Origin: Acidimicrobiia bacterium
GTDB taxonomy: Bacteria; Actinomycetota; Acidimicrobiia; IMCC26256; JBMOIW01
Direction of reading: 5' to 3'
DNA length: 52,416 bases
Assembly (NCBI GenBank): GCA_049317145.1
Contig: JBMOIW010000004.1
Span: 1 to 52,416 of the forward strand
Below the pieces are notes generated by a model. The model was not told where the DNA came from. It searched no databases and was given only the letters and a program-made list of their open reading frames with translations. The position numbers and the translations under genes were made by a program. Shown piece after piece: positions 27,901 to 34,310 of the stretch (the first letter of the stretch is position 1; each line of letters begins with the position of its first letter).

Positions 27901-28201
27901 GTTGCGGACCTTGCCGCACGGAACGGTGGTGGAAATTGCTGGGGTTGTAACGCATCGCCAACAACCATCGACGGCGAAAGGAACCGTGTTTTTGAATATC
28001 GAGGACGAGACCGGGCTCATCAATGTGATCTGTCCACCGGGGGTATGGAAGCGGTTCCGGAACGTGGCTCGCGGGGCGGCGGCGTTACGCGTGCGGGGCA
28101 TGCTCGAGGTGCACCACGGTGTGTACAACGTGGTCGCGCAACGGCTACATCCTTGCGGGTTTCCTGCCGCGGCAGAGTTGCGCAGCCGCAACTTTCGTTA
28201 G
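24905..28201 (+). CDS. dnaE2: Error-prone DNA polymerase DnaE2
   Basis: YAELHCHSNFSFLDGAS, GRGSAANS, PPDIDID, FGFPESH, C-terminal SRNFR; TGATG coupling with imuB. Confidence 0.96.
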   Translation: MTRYAELHCHSNFSFLDGASHPEALVEEAVRLELAALALTDHNGFYGVVRFAEAARAVGLPTVFGTELTLDGPRHADATALADPPGTHLVVLARGPIGYARLARAISLGQLAGSKQAPQYTLAELAEAARAPVHGTGASPANDAWMVLTGCRKGPLARALHAEGPAAARRALDGLIAAFGRDQVCVELWDHGDPLDRARNDALATIAMAAGVDVIATNNVHYATPAQRPLAQALAAVRARRSLDEIDGWLSAAPFAHLRSGAEQAARFARWPGIVERTAEIATACAFDLRMAAPQLPPYPVPDGHTEASWLRELTTRGAAVRYPPHHPQYEQAQRQLAYELDVITTLGFPGYFLVLHDIVEFCRTHNIYCQGRGSAANSAVCYALGVTKADAVALGLLFERFLSPERDGPPDIDIDIEHQRREEVIQYVYERYGRTHAAQVANVITYRSRSAIREMAKATGVSPGHADALARHVERWTGPDASGQGGKPASPGAFPQLRSNPDAPEVSELALTLATEVLDFPRHLGIHSGGMVIADRPLIEYCPVEWARREGRSVLQWDKDDCAAGGLVKFDLLGLGMLSMLHRAVDLVAQHDGIDIDLATIPQEDAVYAALCDADSVGVFQVESRAQMATLPRLRPQHFYDLVVEVALIRPGPIQGGSVHPYLRRRNGEEPVTYLHPLLEKSLAKTLGVPLFQEQLMQMAIDVANFTPAEADQLRQAMGSKRSKERMARLRGRLLTGMAANGITGETAEAIITKLEAFADFGFPESHSVSFAYLVYASAWVKFHHPDAFLCALLNAQPMGFYSPHTLIRDARRHGVEVLGPDINASAVESTLVPRPQSTGPIGYPQPGWHAEPSTHAVRLGLQMVQGVSTQLLDRIADERAIEPFADLESLTRRTAAPVDALEAFATAGAFQCFGIDRRSALWAAGALRDARPTTRGAVTAAPLPALVTGLDAPSLPGMTPAEVVAADLWAMGASPDRHPTEFVRDQLAAAGVVTAAALRTLPHGTVVEIAGVVTHRQQPSTAKGTVFLNIEDETGLINVICPPGVWKRFRNVARGAAALRVRGMLEVHHGVYNVVAQRLHPCGFPAAAELRSRNFR

Positions 28202-28908
28202 TCGTCCTCTTGCGGGGATTGGTACAGCACCGGCTGTTCACTCAAATCTGCTGCATCAAGTTCGGCGCGACGTTGCCGGAGCATTTCGGAGAAGATGAAT
28301 CGCATGAGCCGGTCACGTTCGGATTCGCGGACCATGGTGAACTCGGCCCGCAACGCGGGGCCACGCACCGAGAGTTGTACGACGTTGCGAATCTCGGCAT
28401 CGGTGGGAAGTACCCGGCCTACCGCGACCACCGGTCGCTCGCCCGGAATTGCGATCGAAAACAAAATGGTCGATCGGGCCGGCGCGATCGTACTGGCCGC
28501 CATGGCCAAACCACCCGCGCTGATGTCGGTCATGCGCGCCGGAAACTGTGACCACTGATTCGTTGCGTCGTTGAGCAACAGACAGCTCATCGGCACGTCG
28601 ACAACGACACGCACATATTGCCGACGAGAAATTCGCTCGGCATCCGGCGAGAGCTGCAGTCGAATGGAGCGGCTACTCGAGCGCGTTACGACACAATCGA
28701 CGTTGTACATGGTGTTGCGTGCGAGCACAATCAACCGGTACGTCTCACCGATTAGCGCACGGGGCACCGAGCCACGGGAAATCTGCGCGAGCACGATTTC
28801 ATTGTCTTGGATGGCTTCGATGCGCAGCGCATGCCGCGTGGGATCATCTTCGATTGCGGCTTCGAGTAATACGGTTTGCCCGGCGGTAAGGGTCGGCATC
28901 TGTGCCAT
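28198..28908 (-). CDS. PilZ-domain protein (YcgR/flagellar brake-like)
   Basis: RRQYVR (RxxxR) and DISAGG (DxSxxG) c-di-GMP motifs after a beta-rich N-terminal domain. Confidence 0.82.
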   Translation of the reverse strand: MAQMPTLTAGQTVLLEAAIEDDPTRHALRIEAIQDNEIVLAQISRGSVPRALIGETYRLIVLARNTMYNVDCVVTRSSSRSIRLQLSPDAERISRRQYVRVVVDVPMSCLLLNDATNQWSQFPARMTDISAGGLAMAASTIAPARSTILFSIAIPGERPVVAVGRVLPTDAEIRNVVQLSVRGPALRAEFTMVRESERDRLMRFIFSEMLRQRRAELDAADLSEQPVLYQSPQEDD

Positions 28909-28986
28909 AGGGGAAGCCTACGGCAATGGATTTGCAACCGGTTGCCAACCTTGCGCCAGTCGCTCCTGCGGATAGCATGATTGTCC

Positions 28987-31455
28987 GTGGAGGAAAAAAC
29001 TGAAGCAGCAACCTTGCCGGAGCGGATCGAAACCCGACCCACCGGTCTCTCGGGAGCAGAAGTTGCTGCCCGAGTGGCGCGGGGGGAGACGAATCAGGCC
29101 GCCGAAGGCACGAGCCGCACCGTTTGGGAAATCGCCCGGGCCAACATTTTTACCCGCTTTGGCGCAATCCTCACCGCAATGCTGGCACTCATGGTGGGCG
29201 TGGCAATTGTGCAGCGCCAACCAAGCGTCCTGCTCGACGCCACGTTCTATTTGTTTTTTGTTGCTAATGCCGCCATCGGCATCGTGCAGGAAGTGCGGGC
29301 CAAGCGCGTCCTCGACGCGTTGACGGTGCTCAATGCGCCGCATGTCACCGTGGTGCGCGATGGCGCGACCATCACGGTTGCCAGCGAGGAACTGGTCTTG
29401 GACGATCGGTGTGTATTGCGCGTCGGCGATCAGGTGCCCGCCGACGGCGAGGTGTTGGCCAGCGACGGTCTGGAGATCGACGAGTCGCTACTCACCGGCG
29501 AGTCTGATCCGATCGTCAAAGAAGTGGGAGCTGTCGTGCTGTCCGGCGCCATCGTGGTCGCAGGATCCGGGCAGTTCCAGGTCACCGCGGTTGGTGACCA
29601 CGCCTACGCCCGTCGGTTGGCGGCTGAGGTCAAAGCGTTCAAGCTCACCCGTTCGGAGTTGATGGATGGCATCAACCTCATTCTTCGGATCGCAACGTGG
29701 GTCTTGATTCCCGTGGGCTTGCTTGTGTTGTGGAGTCAGCTCGACGCCACCGACGGTGCGGTCGGACTGTCGCTACGCAAGATGGTTGCGGCAGTTGTGG
29801 GGATGGTGCCCGAAGGGCTCGTGGTACTCACCAGTGTTGCGTTCGCACTTGCGGCATACACGCTGGCCAAGCGGCAGGTGTTGGTGCAAGAGCTGCCGGC
29901 CGTGGAAACGTTGGCGCGGGTCGATGTCGTTTGCCTCGACAAGACCGGAACCCTTACCGAAGGCGACATTGGGTTTCGTAGTCTCGAACCGATATCCATC
30001 AACGACACGGTTCCCGATGTTGCGCAGGCGGCATTGACTGCGTTGGCGTATTCGGGCGAGCCCAATGGCACTGCCCTCGCCGTGCAACACGCGTTCCCGG
30101 ATCGGGGTACATGGGCAGTGACGAGCACGGTCCCGTTTTCCAGCGCGCGCAAGTGGAGTGCGGCGGCGTTTCTTGGGCACGGGTCATGGGTTTTCGGTGC
30201 GCCCGAAATGGTGTTGCCAGCCCTCGGCGACCACGATCCGGTGCGGGTCCAGGGCAACGCGCTGGCCGAAACCGGGAATCGCACGTTGGTATTGGCGCAT
30301 ACCGACGCACCGCTCGTGGACGACACGCTGCCCGCCGGATTGATTCCGGTGGCGTACGTCACCTTCGCAGAGAAGATCCGGAGTGACGCTTCCGAAACGA
30401 TGCGGTATTTCACGGAACAAGGCGTGACCCTCAAAGTTATTTCCGGCGACAATCCGCGCACCGTCGGTGCGATTGCGCGCGCAGTCGGTGTGCCGGGCGC
30501 TGAGCGAGTGTTCGATGCGCGCGAGTTGCCCGAGGATCGTGATGCGCTCGCCGAAGTACTTGAGTCGTGCGCCGTATTCGGGCGGGTAACGCCGCAGCAA
30601 AAACGGGCAATGGTGACGGCATTGCAGTCCCGTAATCACACCGTGGCGATGACCGGTGATGGTGTGAACGACGCGCTCGCCCTCAAGGATGCTGACCTTG
30701 GGATCGCGATGGGTTCGGGTGCTCCGGCGACGAAAGGCGTCGCACAGCTTGTCTTGTTGGACGGCAAGTTCTCGGTGATGCCGGGGGTTGTCGCAGAGGG
30801 GCGGCGAGTGATGGCCAACATTGAGCGCGCCGCAAATCTTTTTTTGACCAAGTCGGTATACACCGTGGTGACCGCGCTGTTGATTATCGCAACCCAGCTG
30901 GTGCTTGCGCGCGGCTGGGAGTACCCATATCTACCGCGCAGCTATTGGCTCATCAGTTCGCCGTTGATCGGTATTCCTGGCTTTGTACTTTCGTTAGCTC
31001 CGAACTCGCGTCGGTATATTCCGGGATTCATCAAGCGAGTACTGCGCTTCGCTATTCCTGCGGGGCTCATTGCGGGTGTCGCGTCGTTTGTCACGTATTG
31101 GATCGGGCGAGGCCAGCTTGGGGTACAGGTCGGTGTCGACAACGCAGCGTTAGCGCAGTCCCAAGCGATGGCACTGTTGGTGCTCGTCGCGTGCGCATTT
31201 TGGGTGCTTGCGATCTTGGCGCGCCCCTATAACTGGTGGCGCATCTTGTTGGTGGCAGCGATGGGAAGCATCGTGGTTGGCGTGATCAGTATTCCGGCGA
31301 CCCGGTCGCTGTTACTGCTCAAAATGCCGCCTGCAGCTCAGTTCGTAGAGATCGCACTCATTGCGGGAGCGGCCTGCACCTTGATCGAACTTGTGCATCA
31401 AGGAGTGATCCGGTTCACCCGTCGCGAGTTGCAGGCACTCGGCTACACCGTGTGA
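28987..31455 (+). CDS. Cation-transporting P-type ATPase (CtpE-like)
   Basis: LTGES, VPEGL, DKTGT, ISGDN, MTGDGVNDA. Confidence 0.92.
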   Translation: MEEKTEAATLPERIETRPTGLSGAEVAARVARGETNQAAEGTSRTVWEIARANIFTRFGAILTAMLALMVGVAIVQRQPSVLLDATFYLFFVANAAIGIVQEVRAKRVLDALTVLNAPHVTVVRDGATITVASEELVLDDRCVLRVGDQVPADGEVLASDGLEIDESLLTGESDPIVKEVGAVVLSGAIVVAGSGQFQVTAVGDHAYARRLAAEVKAFKLTRSELMDGINLILRIATWVLIPVGLLVLWSQLDATDGAVGLSLRKMVAAVVGMVPEGLVVLTSVAFALAAYTLAKRQVLVQELPAVETLARVDVVCLDKTGTLTEGDIGFRSLEPISINDTVPDVAQAALTALAYSGEPNGTALAVQHAFPDRGTWAVTSTVPFSSARKWSAAAFLGHGSWVFGAPEMVLPALGDHDPVRVQGNALAETGNRTLVLAHTDAPLVDDTLPAGLIPVAYVTFAEKIRSDASETMRYFTEQGVTLKVISGDNPRTVGAIARAVGVPGAERVFDARELPEDRDALAEVLESCAVFGRVTPQQKRAMVTALQSRNHTVAMTGDGVNDALALKDADLGIAMGSGAPATKGVAQLVLLDGKFSVMPGVVAEGRRVMANIERAANLFLTKSVYTVVTALLIIATQLVLARGWEYPYLPRSYWLISSPLIGIPGFVLSLAPNSRRYIPGFIKRVLRFAIPAGLIAGVASFVTYWIGRGQLGVQVGVDNAALAQSQAMALLVLVACAFWVLAILARPYNWWRILLVAAMGSIVVGVISIPATRSLLLLKMPPAAQFVEIALIAGAACTLIELVHQGVIRFTRRELQALGYTV

Positions 31456-31535
31456 TATTCGTTTCGTGATACTTCGTCTTGTTGTAACTCGCGTGTTGTG
31501 GGTACGAGCACGTCTCTAAGACCGTCAAGGAGACG

Positions 31536-31973
31536 ATGATGAAAGTAGAACGGCGTATGCCGATATGGCCAGAAGTTCCGTTGCTGCGTTCGTGGTTGAA
31601 CGACCCGATCCTGCCGGCGAATTGGTGGACTCCGACTGCAGAGGACTTGCGTGTCGAGGAGTACCGGGAGAATGGCACGTTAGTGGTGCGGTGTGAGATG
31701 CCAGGCATCGATCCCGATGAGGATGTCGAAATAACCGTGCGGGACCAGATGTTGCGCATTCAAGCGGAACGGAAGCTCGAATCCAAGATTGAGACCGCCG
31801 GTGGGTATCGCAGCGAGTTTCGCTACGGCAGCTTCGGACGGGTGATGCCGTTGCCACCAGGTGCGAAAGAAGAAGACGTCAAGGCGTCATATCACGACGG
31901 GATCTTGGAGATCCGGGTGCCGATCGACACGCGGCGCACCGAAGGCGCAAAGGTCCCGATCAGCCACGAGTAG
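31536..31973 (+). CDS. Small heat-shock protein (Hsp20, HspX/Acr-like)
   Basis: EMPGIDPDEDVEI, RSEFRYGSFGR, ASYHDGILEIRVP; SD AAGGAG. Confidence 0.92.
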   Translation: MMKVERRMPIWPEVPLLRSWLNDPILPANWWTPTAEDLRVEEYRENGTLVVRCEMPGIDPDEDVEITVRDQMLRIQAERKLESKIETAGGYRSEFRYGSFGRVMPLPPGAKEEDVKASYHDGILEIRVPIDTRRTEGAKVPISHE

Positions 31974-32015
31974 CACCGCTTGCGTGTGGGTCGGCCTCGC
32001 GCCGACCCACACGAG

Positions 32016-33359
32016 CTAGCGGCAGGTGGCGCCGCCGCGATCGGGCTGTGCGATCGGGTCCTGTGCGGGGGTCGGTCCGAAGTCCCACGGGAGCGCCGAA
32101 GTTGGAAAGCGACCAAAATTTTGGGTCGCCCACATCGTTCCATCCGGTGCGCACACAACGCCGATGCCAACAACTTCGAGATTCGGTGCCAAGAGGTTGA
32201 CCCGGTGCGTCGTCGATTGCATCCACGCAACGTGCATCGCGCCCGAAGTGACACCGAGTGGGCCCGTGCCAATGTTTTCTGCGGCAATGCTGAAGCGACC
32301 GATCAGCGGCTGGAGCGAACTGTGATGGAATCCTTCGCCGTTACCCATTGCGCTACTCCACTCCGTAGCGCGCTGAGCCAATGCAGTGTCCCACGTGAGT
32401 GTGGGGAGACCGCGATTCACTCGTTCACCGTTGAGTTTGTTGAACATCTCTCGGGCAATGCGCTGTTCTTTGGATTCGACCGGAACTGGCGGTGGAGTAC
32501 AGGACGTTCCGTCTTGAGCGAACGCCTGGGTACCGGCATCGCCCGCGGCTATCCAGTAGTCGCCATTGCGACTGGCGATTCCCGTGGCGACGTTTCCGAC
32601 GCAACCAACTCCGGCCCCGAGAAATGGGGCATCGCCATAGGTGAAAACACCTCCGTCGGCTGCGACGAGCCAGTATCCGTTGCCGCTCGCAGTTGCGGCC
32701 ATGTCGACAATTGGTTGGTTGAGACGAATCGATCCGGCAGAGCCACGGAATGTTGCATTGCCAAACGTGAACACGCCACCGTCGGCAGCGACAAGCCAAT
32801 ACCCATTGCCGGTAGGTGTGCTTGCCATACCAACGATCGGTTGGTTGAGCCCAAGCGCGCGGGCTGAGCCGTGATACTGGGCATCGCCAAAGCTGTAGAC
32901 GGTGCCGTCGCTACTCACGAGCCAATACCCGTCTCCGGTTTGCGATGACGCCATTCCAACGATCGGGGCGCTCAACGGCACACCTCCCGTGGAACCCCGA
33001 AAGGGTGCAGTGCCATATGTGAAGATTCCACCGTCCGCAGCAACGAGCCAGTACCCCGTTCCGGATGGAGTGGCGGCCATACCCACGACGGGCTGGTTTA
33101 ACGAAAGGTTTCCTGCGCTGCCCAAGAACGGAGCATCACCGTAGGTGAACACACCGCCATCGGCTGCGGCAAGCCAATACCCGCGCCCGGTCGGTGTGCT
33201 GGCAATGCCGACAGTTGCTGCGCGCAGTCCGGGAACCGGACGGTTGAATGGTCGATCCGTGGTGGCGTCTGCCAATGCACTCGCGGCAAAAATTGAAACG
33301 AGCAGGGCGGTGATTCCAATTGCCAGAACTGCAAGTCGACGCATTCCTGATCTGCGCAT
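32016..33359 (-). CDS. Secreted protein with 42-aa GYWLVAADGGVF repeats and C-terminal CAP/SCP domain
   Basis: Signal peptide (ALA|D); five full repeats and one partial; LNGERVNRGLPTL, AENIG, WMQSTTHRVNLL, VGIGV, TQNFG. Confidence 0.87.
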   Translation of the reverse strand: MRRSGMRRLAVLAIGITALLVSIFAASALADATTDRPFNRPVPGLRAATVGIASTPTGRGYWLAAADGGVFTYGDAPFLGSAGNLSLNQPVVGMAATPSGTGYWLVAADGGIFTYGTAPFRGSTGGVPLSAPIVGMASSQTGDGYWLVSSDGTVYSFGDAQYHGSARALGLNQPIVGMASTPTGNGYWLVAADGGVFTFGNATFRGSAGSIRLNQPIVDMAATASGNGYWLVAADGGVFTYGDAPFLGAGVGCVGNVATGIASRNGDYWIAAGDAGTQAFAQDGTSCTPPPVPVESKEQRIAREMFNKLNGERVNRGLPTLTWDTALAQRATEWSSAMGNGEGFHHSSLQPLIGRFSIAAENIGTGPLGVTSGAMHVAWMQSTTHRVNLLAPNLEVVGIGVVCAPDGTMWATQNFGRFPTSALPWDFGPTPAQDPIAQPDRGGATCR

Positions 33360-33389
33360 GGTCGATGCCTCCGTGGTCCGCTACTCGCG

Positions 33390-33417
33390 ATATCGGCGAT
33401 GTAGTACGGAGGCTTGA
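33390..33417 (-). promoter_or_regulatory. Candidate sigma-28 (FliA/WhiG)-type promoter
   Basis: Minus strand TCAA-N16-GCCGATAT, 30 bp upstream of ATG 33359. Confidence 0.5.
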
Positions 33418-33551
33418 GCGCGAAATGGCGATGTATTCGCCTTATGCGATTTCCCCACAGAACGCTGCGGTTGTTGGCCGATAAGGGACGGGATGAGGGA
33501 AGCAATTCATCCTCCCGATCGGGGAGGAGCGACGTCGTATACCGGCCGGGG

Positions 33552-34310
33552 TTAGCGCAGGGGGAGCAGAAGAATTGGAGTTCGAGAGCGCTCGAGCAGA
33601 CCGCGCAGAATTAGCGCATGGCCGGGTTCAAGGCTTTGTTTCCATCCGATCACGATGTAGTTCGCGTGGTGTTCGTGGGCAACTGTTATGACGCGATCGA
33701 TGGGATTACCGACCCGAAGTTCGACATGCACATCCGGTTTACTCGTGCAGTGACGTGCAGCAAATTCCGCGATCCACGCTTCGGTCTCGTATTGGATATG
33801 GTCGCCAAACGGCGGGAGGTTGCGATCTTCGAACACGAACAGGGTGACGACGGGGCAGAGTGTGTGCGAGAACCATTCGCATACCAGTTCGAGTGTCGAT
33901 TCGCTGTCGGCTGATCCATCGAGGGGTACGAGCAGTGTTGTGACCGTTGATGAGGGCAGCGGGTCCGGAGGGACCAGCATGATGGGCGCATTGCTGTTCG
34001 TCATCACGTCACGGGCCACGTGTCCAAAGGGTTCACCGGGCTGCAGGCGATTGCGACTGCCGAGTACAACCAAATCTCCTTCTTCGGCTCGCGTCGCAAG
34101 GATGTCTGCAGCGTTTCCGTCCTTGGTCTCGAGATCCATGCCGGCGGCACGCGCAACGGCATGGGCCGTGCGGTCGCCGTCTTCCCGAATGTGGAGCGCG
34201 CGTACCGGGAGTCCCAATGTGGTGGCGACATGCTGCGCGGTATGCACCACCTGGCTCGCAGTATCGGAGTTGTCGAGTGCTGCAACAACGCAGCGCACCG
34301 GTCGGTTCAT
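33552..34310 (-). CDS. Universal stress protein (two domains)
   Basis: VVAALDNS, LVVLGSR, FGHVARDVM, LLVPLDGS, RTPILLLP; ATGA overlap with the upstream gene. Confidence 0.87.
   Translation of the reverse strand: MNRPVRCVVAALDNSDTASQVVHTAQHVATTLGLPVRALHIREDGDRTAHAVARAAGMDLETKDGNAADILATRAEEGDLVVLGSRNRLQPGEPFGHVARDVMTNSNAPIMLVPPDPLPSSTVTTLLVPLDGSADSESTLELVCEWFSHTLCPVVTLFVFEDRNLPPFGDHIQYETEAWIAEFAARHCTSKPDVHVELRVGNPIDRVITVAHEHHANYIVIGWKQSLEPGHALILRGLLERSRTPILLLPLR

Noticed and set aside
24905-28201. Intein in dnaE2
   Set aside because: Length of about 1098 aa is normal and no splicing motifs were seen.
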